Shown here: positions 21,991 through 31,631 of the stretch, piece by piece
Position numbering within the stretch: the stretch's first letter is position 1
Layout of the letters: the number at the start of each line of letters is the position of its first letter
Source of the DNA: Alphaproteobacteria bacterium
Lineage (GTDB): Bacteria; Pseudomonadota; Alphaproteobacteria; GCA-2746255
Direction of reading: 5' to 3'
NCBI GenBank assembly: GCA_965249135.1
Contig: OZ252220.1
Span: 1,408,001-1,472,000 of the forward strand
Length of the DNA stretch: 64,000 bases
Notes under the pieces: generated by a model
Told to the model about the DNA's origin: nothing
The model's input: the letters and a program-made list of their open reading frames with translations, nothing else
Databases searched by the model: none
Program-made: the position numbers and the translations under genes

Positions 21991-23778
21991 TTAAGGCAGC
22001 GCGAAGATGAAGAGCATCGCGCCGGGCTTCACCTTCTCGAGCCCTTTCGTTCCGCTGATGAACCACTTCGGCCAGGAGCCACCGAGACCCACGGTAAGCG
22101 CCACATATTGCTTGCCATCGATCGCGTAGGTGACGGGCGGCGCGTTGATGCCGGCGCCCGTCTCGAACCGCCAGAGCTCGTCCAAGGACTTCCCGTCAAG
22201 CGCCACGAAGGCCCCTTCCGGATAGCCGACGAAGACGAGGTCGCCTGCCGTCGCCAGCACGCCGCCCAGCATCGGATAGGTAGTTTCCTCTTTGGCGGTG
22301 ACCTTGCCCGTCGTAACGTCGACCGCCGTCACGCTGCCGGTGATCGCGCTGGGTTGTTTCGGCCCGCCGCCGGTGAACCATTCCCGATGCTTATGGTCGC
22401 CCGGATTGACGACCGTGAGATCGAGCTGGTTGCAGCTTTCGATGACCGGGATGTAGACGACTTTACGTTCCGGGTTGTAGGCCATCGGTGGCCAGTTCTT
22501 GCCGCCCATGTTGCCGGGGCAGGGATTGCCCGTCTTGTTCTCGCGGGTCGCCGCCGAGCCGGGCTCGTAAGGTTGCACGTCCTTCTCGGGATCGTAGGAG
22601 AGTGGCCGGCCCGTCTTCGGATCGAGCCCCTTCGTCCAGTTCAGTTTCTTCACGAACTGGGTTGCCCAGAGGAAGGCCCCGCTCACACGGTCGAGCGCAT
22701 AGACGTAGCCGTTGCGGTCCGCATGGAGGGCCATCTTCTTGTCGTCAATATCGACGAGGATGTGTTCGGAGGTCGCGTCGTAGTCGAAGGGATCGTTCGG
22801 CGTGTACTGGAAGTGCCACTTGATCTCGCCGGTTGAGGCGTCCAGTGCGAGTGCGCTGGCCGAGTAGAGGTTGTCGCCGGGGCGGTAGGCGTTGTCCCAA
22901 TCCGGGCCCGGATTGCCGGTCCCCCAGTAGATGAGGTCGAGGTCCGCATCGTAAGTGCCGGTGACCCAGGTCGATCCGCCGCCCGTCTTCCAGGCCTCGT
23001 GGTCGTCCTTCCAGGTCTCGTGGCCCGGCTCGCCGGGGGCGGGGATCGTGTAGGTGCGCCAGACTTCCTCGCCGGTCAGCAGATCCGTCGCCGCCAGCCA
23101 GCCACGGATCCCGTACTCGCCGCCGGCAATTCCGGTAATCGCCAGGTTCTTGACGATCAAGGGCGCCGCCGTGATCGTCTCGGACTTGTCGGGATCGGCA
23201 ACCTTGCGCTCCCAGATCAGCTCGCCCGTCTTCTTGTCGAGAACCAGCAACCGCCCGTCGAGGACGTGGGAGACGACCTTATTATTCCACAGGGCGATGC
23301 CCCGGTTGTTGACGCCGCAGCAGGTGACGTTGCCGGCCCAGTCGCGGTCGATCTCGGGATCGTATTCCCAGACGAGGCGGGGGATCCCATCCCGCACATC
23401 GAATTTGTAGACGGTGCCCCAGCCATCGGGGATGTATAGGTAGCCATCCTCGACGATCGGGGTCGCCTCATAGCCCGCGAAGGGCCAGATGCCACCCGCC
23501 TGGATGCCACCCAACGCTATCGTGCCGGTGACCTGCAGTTCCTTGACGTTCTTGCGGTTGATCGCGTCGAGGCGCGAGAAGCGGTGGGCCTCGTAATTGC
23601 CGTGATGGGTGATCCAGTTTTCCGGCTCCTTGTAGGTATTCATGAGCCGTTCGTTCGTCACCTGGGCGACCGCACCCTCCATTTCACCGCTCTCGATGAA
23701 GAGCGCAAGCGCCAGCAAGGCGGCGCCTATAACGGCCACGATCCAAGGCCAGTTTTTCGTGCTTGTCTCGGACGTCAT
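21991..23778 (-). CDS. PQQ-dependent alcohol/methanol-family dehydrogenase
   Basis: Signal/TM segment, vicinal CC (TCCGVNNRG), GGEYGIRG, WGTGNPGP, PNDPFDYD, Trp-docking repeats; start at ATG 23778. Confidence 0.92.
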   Translation of the reverse strand: MTSETSTKNWPWIVAVIGAALLALALFIESGEMEGAVAQVTNERLMNTYKEPENWITHHGNYEAHRFSRLDAINRKNVKELQVTGTIALGGIQAGGIWPFAGYEATPIVEDGYLYIPDGWGTVYKFDVRDGIPRLVWEYDPEIDRDWAGNVTCCGVNNRGIALWNNKVVSHVLDGRLLVLDKKTGELIWERKVADPDKSETITAAPLIVKNLAITGIAGGEYGIRGWLAATDLLTGEEVWRTYTIPAPGEPGHETWKDDHEAWKTGGGSTWVTGTYDADLDLIYWGTGNPGPDWDNAYRPGDNLYSASALALDASTGEIKWHFQYTPNDPFDYDATSEHILVDIDDKKMALHADRNGYVYALDRVSGAFLWATQFVKKLNWTKGLDPKTGRPLSYDPEKDVQPYEPGSAATRENKTGNPCPGNMGGKNWPPMAYNPERKVVYIPVIESCNQLDLTVVNPGDHKHREWFTGGGPKQPSAITGSVTAVDVTTGKVTAKEETTYPMLGGVLATAGDLVFVGYPEGAFVALDGKSLDELWRFETGAGINAPPVTYAIDGKQYVALTVGLGGSWPKWFISGTKGLEKVKPGAMLFIFALP

Positions 23779-24060
23779 GGATGTCCCCCCGCCTTCGTTC
23801 GATTTTTTCCGGCCCAAACGGCCGGGCCTGATTTCTTCCATGATGCCGCCTTCTCGGTAGGCTGCCAAGCCCCCTTTTAGCCTGCGGGCCCACGGCGAAA
23901 ACTGCCGGTTTTTAAGGCCATGCGCGCCCTTCCGGCGCCCATTTTTCGGTTGAAGAAGGCGGGGCGGCTGGCCCACACTCCCCTTCTTCCGCGCGTCGAG
24001 ACGGCGCGCGGAAGAAAAAGCGAGCGGCCTTAAGCGAGAAGCCTTATAGCTGAGAAAGCG

Positions 24061-25860
24061 ATGAACCGCCAGCAACGCCGAAAGCAGACCCACGCGTCCC
24101 GGCGAAAGGGAAATCCTTCTCGCAGCGACGGTTTCTCGGATCAACGGCTGGACGACGGGCTTCGCCTGCATCAGCGCGGCGAGTTCGAACGGGCCGAAGC
24201 GATTTACAGGAACGTCCTGCGCCAGCAGCCGGACCATCCAGAGGCACTGCACCTGTTGGGTGTCCTTCTTCATCAAAGAGGCGCCGGCGAGGAGGCGGTT
24301 GCCACCATCGAGCGGGCGCTCGAGAAGGACCCGCAATCGGCGGACGCCACTTACAACCTTGCCGATATCCTGCTCGCCCAAGGCAAGACGGCGGAGGCCG
24401 TCCAACGCTTCCGGCATGCGCTGACACTTCGTCCCGACTTCCCGGAAGCGGCCATCAGCTTAGGCATTGCCCTTCGCAGCCATGGCGAGATGGACCAGGC
24501 TCTTGCCCAGCTTCGCGAGGCGGCGGAGAACTACCCGGATTTCGCGGAGGCCCACTACAATCTCGGCGACACGCTGCGCATCCAAAACGAACTCGGCGAG
24601 GCGAAGGCGGCGTTCGAAAAGGCGCTCGACGTCCGCGCCGATTTCGCGGAAGCCGAGAACAACCTGGCGAGCATCCTGCGCACCGAAGGGGACATCGAGG
24701 GCGCCGCCCGACACATCGAGAACGCCCTTCGGATCAATCCGGATTTTGCCGAGGCCCACAACAACCTCGGCAATATCCGAAAAGCAAAGGGGGTGCTTGA
24801 AGAGGCGATCCCGCATTTCGAAGAGGCCATCCGGCTTCGTCCCGATTTCGCCGAGGCCCACTACAATCTGGGCAACACCTATCTGGCGACGGGCCGGATC
24901 GCGGAAGCAACCCAAGCTTTTAAGAAGGCGCTCGCGCTCAATCCGGATTTCGAGAACGCGCGCGCCAGTCTTTCCGAAGCCCAGCAGCGGCAGGTGCCGC
25001 GCTGGCACTTCGCCATGATGAACGACCGCGCCCGCAACGATGCTTACGACCAGGCGATCCGTGAGGCCATCTCGGAAGATCGGACGGTGCTGGATATCGG
25101 GTCCGGTGCCGGTTTGCTTTCGATGATGGCGGCGTGCGCCGGAGCGAAGCACGTCACTGCCTGCGAGACCGTCGCCCCGATCGCCGAAATGGCCGGCCGC
25201 ATCATCAAGGAAAACGGTCTTTCCGAACGCGTGACGGTCGTGGCGAAGCATTCCTACAATTTGAAGATCGGGGACGACCTTCCCGAGCGGGCCGACGTGA
25301 TGGTGACGGAACTTCTGAACGCCGGTTTTCTCGGCGAGGGAATCCTGCAGGTCATTCAGCATGCGCGAGCGAATCTTTTGAAGCCCGATGCAACGATCAT
25401 CCCGCAGGGTGGCACCGTTTATGCGGCGTTGATCGAGAGCGAGCGCCTCGTCGAAGAGGACCGCGTGAGCGAGGCGGCCGGTTTCGACGTCCGGCCCTTC
25501 AACGAATTTGCGAACGCCGAATATTTGACGAAGCGTCTGAATGCCTACCCGCACCAATTTCTTTCCGAGTCGGTGGAAGTCTTCTCCTTCGACTTCCTGG
25601 GCAAGCCCGCGAAACCGGAGACGAAGGCAATCCCGATCACCGCCACGGCAAGCGGCACCTGCCATGGGATTGTCCTGTGGTTTCGCTTAGAACTGACGGA
25701 CGCGATTTTCATCGAGACGAAGCCACGCGAGGCGGACACCCATTGGCGCCAAGCGATCTATCTCGAGGAAACGCCGCGCAAGCTGCAAACGGGCGAAGGC
25801 TGCCGGCTGCTGGCAAGCCACGATTGCCGTTACATTTCATTGAAACTGGCCGCCGACTGA
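24061..25860 (+). CDS. TPR-repeat protein fused to a protein arginine methyltransferase-like domain
   Basis: About 8 TPRs (PDFAEAHYNLG), then WHFAMMNDRARN, VLDIGSGAGLLS, TELLNAGFLGEG, THWRQ. Confidence 0.82.
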   Translation: MNRQQRRKQTHASRRKGNPSRSDGFSDQRLDDGLRLHQRGEFERAEAIYRNVLRQQPDHPEALHLLGVLLHQRGAGEEAVATIERALEKDPQSADATYNLADILLAQGKTAEAVQRFRHALTLRPDFPEAAISLGIALRSHGEMDQALAQLREAAENYPDFAEAHYNLGDTLRIQNELGEAKAAFEKALDVRADFAEAENNLASILRTEGDIEGAARHIENALRINPDFAEAHNNLGNIRKAKGVLEEAIPHFEEAIRLRPDFAEAHYNLGNTYLATGRIAEATQAFKKALALNPDFENARASLSEAQQRQVPRWHFAMMNDRARNDAYDQAIREAISEDRTVLDIGSGAGLLSMMAACAGAKHVTACETVAPIAEMAGRIIKENGLSERVTVVAKHSYNLKIGDDLPERADVMVTELLNAGFLGEGILQVIQHARANLLKPDATIIPQGGTVYAALIESERLVEEDRVSEAAGFDVRPFNEFANAEYLTKRLNAYPHQFLSESVEVFSFDFLGKPAKPETKAIPITATASGTCHGIVLWFRLELTDAIFIETKPREADTHWRQAIYLEETPRKLQTGEGCRLLASHDCRYISLKLAAD

Positions 25861-25924
25861 CCGGTTTGGACGGCCGATCTCGCGAAAGCATTGGGCACGC
25901 AAAAGCATTGGGAGAGGTTAAGAC

Positions 25925-27157
25925 ATGGCAAGCCGGCCTGAAAAAATCGTCTTCGAAGGCGCCCATGGATTGAAGCTTGCGGCGCGGCTCGACCGTCCGA
26001 AGGGCCCTCCCAAGGCCTATGCGCTTTTCGCCCATTGCTTCACCTGCACGAAAGACATCTTCGCCGCCTCGCACATCGCAAGCGCGCTTGCCGAAAGCGG
26101 AATTGCCGTGCTGCGCTTCGATTTCACCGGCTTAGGCAGCAGCGAAGGCGAGTTCAAAAACACGAATTTCACGTCGAACGTCGAGGATCTCGTGGCCGCC
26201 GCGGACTACCTTCGAGCTGAGCTCAAAGCACCGAAAATCCTGATCGGTCACAGCCTGGGCGGTGCGGCGGTGCTGGTCGCGGCAAGCCGCATCAAGGAAG
26301 CAATTGCCGTGGTAACCATCGGTGCGCCTTCCAGCCCCGACCATGTGAGCCACCTCTTCGAGGGCGGGCTCGACGCCATCGCCGAGCATGGCGAGGCCGA
26401 AGTGCGCATTGGCGGGCGGCCCTTCCGCATTCAGAAACATTTCCTGGAGGACATCGCTTCCCAGAACATGAGGGAAGCGATCGGGTCATTGAAACGGGCG
26501 CTGCTGGTTTTCCATTCGCCGGTCGACCAAACGGTCGGCATCGAGAACGCGCAGGAGATCTTCGTCGCGGCGAAACATCCGAAAAGTTTCATCTCGCTCG
26601 AGGATGCGGATCACCTGCTCGGCAAAAAGAAGGACGCGACCTACGTCGCCGAAACCCTTGCCGCCTGGGTGAAGCGCTATCTCGACGGGGAAAGGGAGGG
26701 CGAAACGGCGCCCAAGCTGGACGCGGCGGAGGGCACCGTGCTTGTCGCGGAGACGGGGACGGGCAAGTTTGCGAACGTCATTCAAACGGGCCTCCACCGC
26801 GTCGGCGCCGACGAGCCGGTCGCCTTTGGCGGCACGGATACGGGGCCGTCGCCCTATGACCTTCTGCTGGCGAGCCTCGGCGCCTGCACATCGATGACGC
26901 TTCGCATGTACGCGGACCGGAAGAAGTGGCCACTTGAGAAGGTGGCCGTCACGTTACGCCACCAGAAGATTCATGCAAAAGACTGTCGGGACTGCGAGAC
27001 GAAGGGGGGAAAGGTCGACGAGATCGAGCGCGAAATCGAAGTCGAAGGCCCGCTCGACGCCGAGCAGCGTGAAAGGCTGCTGGAAATCGCCGACAAATGC
27101 CCGGTCCATCGCACGCTCCATTCGGAGGTTCGCATCGTCTCGCGATTGAGCGAATAG
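25925..27157 (+). CDS. Bifunctional alpha/beta hydrolase-OsmC family protein
   Basis: AHCFTC, GHSLGG; C-terminal ADEP...LGACT...KCPVHRTL. Confidence 0.92.
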   Translation: MASRPEKIVFEGAHGLKLAARLDRPKGPPKAYALFAHCFTCTKDIFAASHIASALAESGIAVLRFDFTGLGSSEGEFKNTNFTSNVEDLVAAADYLRAELKAPKILIGHSLGGAAVLVAASRIKEAIAVVTIGAPSSPDHVSHLFEGGLDAIAEHGEAEVRIGGRPFRIQKHFLEDIASQNMREAIGSLKRALLVFHSPVDQTVGIENAQEIFVAAKHPKSFISLEDADHLLGKKKDATYVAETLAAWVKRYLDGEREGETAPKLDAAEGTVLVAETGTGKFANVIQTGLHRVGADEPVAFGGTDTGPSPYDLLLASLGACTSMTLRMYADRKKWPLEKVAVTLRHQKIHAKDCRDCETKGGKVDEIEREIEVEGPLDAEQRERLLEIADKCPVHRTLHSEVRIVSRLSE

Positions 27158-27162
27158 TTCTT

Positions 27163-27993
27163 TCAGGCAATCTCGCGCAGAAGCCCGATGCCGGCTTCGC
27201 AGTCCACGTAACGAAGCCGGTAACACGCGCCGGCCTCCGCGATCTTCAGGAGGCGTTGCAGCTTCGTTTCCGCATCGATTCCTTGAGTGAAATACCGCCC
27301 CATGAGATCGCGAAGCACCTCGCTCTTGCCGATCGCCTCCATGCTGGCGGAGCCCGAGCTCATCCGATCGAGGAGCACGATGGCTAAAATGGGCGCCGCC
27401 TCGCCAAACTCGGCGATCTCGCCCGGCCTCAAGCCCACGAACCGTCCATAGTCGTTGCCGAGCACCTCGCGTTCACGCAGGAAGCCGCAAAACCCATCCG
27501 TTACGTTTTCGGGTAGCGGCAGACGAAGCCTGGGCGCTACGCCAAAGGAAAGGGCGCTTCCTTCGCTTTCGCGCACCGCCAGCACGTCGTCCGTGAAAAC
27601 GGCCGCACCCGCCGCCGCCCCGTGGACCGCCATCGTGCTCTTGCCGACCTTGCCGCTGGCCGGGAAGACGAGCAGCCCGCCCTCCCACCTCATGGCCGCG
27701 GCATGAATGCAAAGCAGCTCGGGATTGGCGGCGATGAAGGCGATATAGAGTTCGGCAAAGAAGCCCGCGACGGCTTCGTAATCGTCGATGTAGTCGTAAG
27801 GCGCGGAATCGAGCCCTTGGGATTCGACCCGGTAGCCCGTCCGCGTCCGCTCAAGCACGACGACCGGGTTGAGCGGATCGCCATCCCACGCCCCGTTCGG
27901 CCAGGTCGCGATCGGGGCGTGAAGGAAGGGCAGGAGGTGATCGCAGCCTGCGAAGGAAATCGGGGACGGGACCCCTTCGAAACGAAGCAGCAT
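27163..27993 (-). CDS. HPr-kinase-related P-loop Ser/Thr kinase-like protein
   Basis: IHAAA...FPASGKVGKST (Walker A), FTDDVL acidic pair, the HprK-like layout seen in peptide-modifying kinases. Confidence 0.72.
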   Translation of the reverse strand: MLLRFEGVPSPISFAGCDHLLPFLHAPIATWPNGAWDGDPLNPVVVLERTRTGYRVESQGLDSAPYDYIDDYEAVAGFFAELYIAFIAANPELLCIHAAAMRWEGGLLVFPASGKVGKSTMAVHGAAAGAAVFTDDVLAVRESEGSALSFGVAPRLRLPLPENVTDGFCGFLREREVLGNDYGRFVGLRPGEIAEFGEAAPILAIVLLDRMSSGSASMEAIGKSEVLRDLMGRYFTQGIDAETKLQRLLKIAEAGACYRLRYVDCEAGIGLLREIA

Positions 27994-28034
27994 GGGTTAG
28001 AAAGGCGGGCTTAAGCCGGCAACCGGAAGCGCGA

Positions 28035-28244
28035 TCAGGAAGGCCGGCTCGGCCGCGTCGGCCGGGTGGGCCGGGTGGGCCGCGTCGGACAGGACTTCCC
28101 CTTGCCGCAGGGCGAGGGCTTGATCTTCGCCATCGCGCTGCCGTCGAGATGAAGCAACACCGGCGCCGTGTAGACGACCGCCGCCCCGACGCCTAATCGG
28201 GCGAGTGCCTTGCGGCGATTGATTTCCTTGGTTTCCGATGCCAT
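28035..28244 (-). CDS. Small secreted/precursor peptide with twin-arginine-like leader and (P-T/S-R) repeat tail
   Basis: NRRKAL + hydrophobic stretch + AMA; core KIKPSPCGKGKSCPTRPTRPTRPTRPSRPS; repeat codons vary synonymously. Confidence 0.75.
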   Translation of the reverse strand: MASETKEINRRKALARLGVGAAVVYTAPVLLHLDGSAMAKIKPSPCGKGKSCPTRPTRPTRPTRPSRPS

Positions 28245-28371
28245 CGCTTTTTACCCAATCCCGGTTACGTGGGGTCCGCCTGCCGATTCGCAACAAGTCT
28301 ACCCCCCATTTCTTTATATCCCATTTCCGCAGGCACGAAAAACGCCGTCCCCATTAACCATGTTTTTCCTT

Positions 28372-29529
28372 TTAATTCAAAGCCTCCTCAAGGATGTAGA
28401 TCAACTCGACCACCGGTTTCCCGAACTCGAGGCGCACGGTTTCCCGGCCCGCCTCGCGAAGGTGAAACCGTCCCTTCGCCAACGCCGGCAGGTAGTCCGG
28501 ATGATGGGCGTAACGGCCGGAAGGCTGAAGGGTGAACCCTTCGTCCTTCCCCTTCTCGAGCGAGAGCGCAAAAAGCCCCCCTGCACGCAATGCTTGGAAG
28601 GCAGCCGTCATAAGCGCTTCGAGATCGCCGAAATAGACCAGCGAATCGCAGGCGATCAGAAGGTCGTAAGCCGGCTCGGGCGCCCGCTCGAGGAAGGTAA
28701 GCGCGTCTTCCACATGGAGCGCGTCGTAAAGGCCACGCGCCTTGGCCCGTGAGATCATTTCCTGCGAAAGGTCCACCCCCGAAAGCGTGTTCGCCAGTTC
28801 CCGAAACGGAATGCCTGCGAGCCCCGTCCCGCAGCCGATGTCGAGAATGTCGAGGGGGCCCGAGTTTCGGTCGACGACGCGCCGGACGTATTCAAAGAGG
28901 ATTTCCGGCCCGCGGTAGTTCAGGCTTTTGCAAAGATGTTCGTCGAAGATTTCGGCGTAAACGTCAAAATAGTTCTACACATAGGCTGCCGGCGGGCGTG
29001 GCGGCATTTCTCCTTCTCCGAGTGCGGCGATCATGAAGCCCACCTCGACGTCATCCGGATCCAGCTCCTGGCAGCGGCGATAGCAACGTAGCGCTTCTGG
29101 CTTGCGGTTCAGGTGACTGAACGTTTCACCAAGCCGCCAATGGGCTTTTTCATAATTGGGCTTAAGCGCGATCGCGCGCTCGAAGAAGGGGGCGGCACGT
29201 TCATGCTGGCCTTCCATCGTCAGCGCCTTTCCGATCGCATAGGCGTTGCGTGCTTCGACCCTTGTGCGTCGATTATGAATCTCGGCCGCTTCGTCCTTGC
29301 TTCCTTGTTCCACCAGTAGGCTTTCCAGGGCTTCAAGGGCCGCCAGGTGGCGGGGCACGCGCGTAAGCAGGTGGCGGGGCACGCGCGTAAGAAGGTCCCG
29401 GTAGCCGGCGACGGCGTCGGCAAGACGGCCCGCTTGACGATGCTGCTCGGCAAGGTAATAAGCCTGCGCCTCGTCGGGTTCTGCCGCGTCCGACGGCCCC
29501 AAGGACTTACTCGACGCCTTCGGCGTCAT
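28372..29529 (-). pseudogene. TPR-containing SAM methyltransferase interrupted by in-frame TAG at 28975-28977
   Basis: Reading continues in frame: PPAAYV*NYFDVYAEIFDEHL...LDIGCGTGL...GVDLSQEM, joining ORF 28372-28776. Confidence 0.85.
29344..29391. repeat. Exact 24-bp tandem duplication (encodes LLTRVPRH twice)
   Basis: caggtggcggggcacgcgcgtaag x2. Confidence 0.92.
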
Positions 29530-29539
29530 TGCATTTCCC

Positions 29540-31036
29540 TTATTTTGCGATGCGGGTGATCGTCTCGCTGGTGCTGTAGCCGTCCATGATGTCGGCCAAC
29601 AGGATCTTGCCGCCGTAGCTCATCACGAAGTCGGCGCCGACCACTTCGTCCACCCGGTAATCCGCACCTTTTACCAGCACGTCCGGACGGATGGCCTTCA
29701 ACAGGCGAACCGGCGTGTCCTCCGTGAAGACGATGACGAGATCGACATCGGCGATGGAGGCAAGCACCGTTGCCCGTGCCATCTCGGCCTGTATGGGGCG
29801 GTCCGGACCTTTAAGGCGCGTGACAGACGCATCGCTGTTTAGACCGACAATCAGCCGGTCGCAGGCCGCCTTTGCCTGACGCAACAGCGCCACATGGCCA
29901 GGGTGGAGAAGATCGAAACAGCCATTCGTAAAACCGATGCGAAAGCCCTGCCGGCGCCAGCGCTCAATCGTTTCGTTTGCCTGCCCCAGCGAGACGATGC
30001 GATCCGCGCTCGCCAGAAGGTCGCGTTCATGGAGCGCCGCGATGAGATCCTCCGGGTGCACGACGGCGGTCCCCACCTTGCCGACGACGATGCCCGCCGC
30101 CACGTTCGCGAGATAGGCGGCATCCGAAAGAGAGGCCCCCGCCGCGAGCGCGGTGGCAAGGGTTGCGATGACCGTATCGCCGGCCCCGGAAACGTCAAAC
30201 ACTTCCCGCGCCTTCGCCTGCAGGTGTTCGGCTTTTCCTTCCTTCGTCACCAGCGTCATGCCGCGGGCGCTGCGCGTCACCAGGACACCGTTCACGCCTG
30301 CACTTTTCAAAAGCGTGCCGGCTGCCGCGACGATTTCCTCATCCGTTGCAACCGGCAACAGCGTCGCCTCGTGAAGCTCGCGCAGGTTGGGGCTAAGGAG
30401 CGTGGCGCCGCGGTAGCGTGAATAGTCGAAGCCCTTTGGGTCGACGAGGACGGGCACGCCTGCTTTCTCGGCGAGCGCCAGGATGCGTTCGGCAGTCTCA
30501 CCCGCAAGCACGCCCTTCCCATAGTCGGAGAGCAGAAGGACGCTTGCCGATGGAAGGGCTTCCTCGATGCCGTTCAGGAGCGTTGCCTGCGCGACGTCGC
30601 CGGGCAGGGCAGGCGTCTCCTGATCGGCGCGCAATAATTGCTGGCTTCCCGCGATGAAGCGGTTCTTGATCGTCGTCTGGCGGCCCGGTTCGATGAGGAC
30701 GCCGCCGTTGCCGGTGCCTTCTTTGCGGATCAGATCCCGTATCTCACTTCCCGCCACATCGTCGCCGACGAGGGCGAAGAAACGGACCTCGGCCTCATAC
30801 GCCAAGAGATTGCGAAGCACGTTTCCGGCGCCGCCAAGAACCGTCGCCTCCCGCTTGACATGGAGAACGGGAACCGGCGCTTCCGGCGAGACCCGCTCGA
30901 CATCGCCATAGACGAAGCGATCGAGCATGATGTCGCCGATGCAAATGACCTTGGCTCCGCGAAAGGCCTCGACCTTTGAGGTGAAAGCGGAAGGATTGCC
31001 GGCTGGGTTATCCGTTTCCTTGTTCATCGGACCCAC
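29540..31036 (-). CDS. hldE: Bifunctional heptose-7-phosphate kinase / heptose-1-phosphate adenylyltransferase
   Basis: GDIMLD, SPEAPVP, DVSGAGDT; FTNGCFDLLHPGH, GLNSDAS. Confidence 0.95.
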   Translation of the reverse strand: MGPMNKETDNPAGNPSAFTSKVEAFRGAKVICIGDIMLDRFVYGDVERVSPEAPVPVLHVKREATVLGGAGNVLRNLLAYEAEVRFFALVGDDVAGSEIRDLIRKEGTGNGGVLIEPGRQTTIKNRFIAGSQQLLRADQETPALPGDVAQATLLNGIEEALPSASVLLLSDYGKGVLAGETAERILALAEKAGVPVLVDPKGFDYSRYRGATLLSPNLRELHEATLLPVATDEEIVAAAGTLLKSAGVNGVLVTRSARGMTLVTKEGKAEHLQAKAREVFDVSGAGDTVIATLATALAAGASLSDAAYLANVAAGIVVGKVGTAVVHPEDLIAALHERDLLASADRIVSLGQANETIERWRRQGFRIGFTNGCFDLLHPGHVALLRQAKAACDRLIVGLNSDASVTRLKGPDRPIQAEMARATVLASIADVDLVIVFTEDTPVRLLKAIRPDVLVKGADYRVDEVVGADFVMSYGGKILLADIMDGYSTSETITRIAK

Positions 31037-31039
31037 TTC

Positions 31040-31627
31040 CTAGACGAGACCGAGTTCCTGCTCAAGCGCCGAACACAGCATCTGGCCAAGCGTGATGTGC
31101 ATTTCCTGAATGCGCGCCGTCCGATCGGATGGCACGATCAGCAGCGGATCGGCGAGCCCTTTCAACTCGCCGCCATCTTTGCCCCCTAGCGCGGCGGCGG
31201 CGAGACCCATCTTCTGGGCCTGCTTCAGCGCCAACAGCACGTTCGGGCTGCGGCCGGACGTGCTGATCCCGATCGCCACGTCGCCGGCCTTGCCGAGCGC
31301 TTCCACCTGACGCGCAAAGAGCTGGTCGAAACCGAAATCGTTGCCGATCGCCGTCAGCGCGGAGGTATCCGTCGTCAGGGCGATCGCCGCGATCGCCTTG
31401 CGGTTCTTCGAGAAACGGACGGTCAATTCCGTCGCCAGGTGCTGGGCGTCGGAGGCGCTGCCGCCATTGCCGAAGAAAAGGAGCTTGCCTCCCTCGCGGA
31501 TCGTCATCGCCGACACCTCGAGGAGGCGACAGAAAGGCTCATAAAGCGCCTTCTCCGTCGCCGCGACGACGGTGGCATGTTCGGTAAACTCGGCCGCGAA
31601 GAATTCCTGAAGATTAAGTTTCGTCAT
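31040..31627 (-). CDS. gmhA: Phosphoheptose isomerase
   Basis: GNGGSASDAQH, IGNDFG, STSGRSPN, RIQEMH. Confidence 0.95.
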   Translation of the reverse strand: MTKLNLQEFFAAEFTEHATVVAATEKALYEPFCRLLEVSAMTIREGGKLLFFGNGGSASDAQHLATELTVRFSKNRKAIAAIALTTDTSALTAIGNDFGFDQLFARQVEALGKAGDVAIGISTSGRSPNVLLALKQAQKMGLAAAALGGKDGGELKGLADPLLIVPSDRTARIQEMHITLGQMLCSALEQELGLV

Positions 31628-31631
31628 GGGC

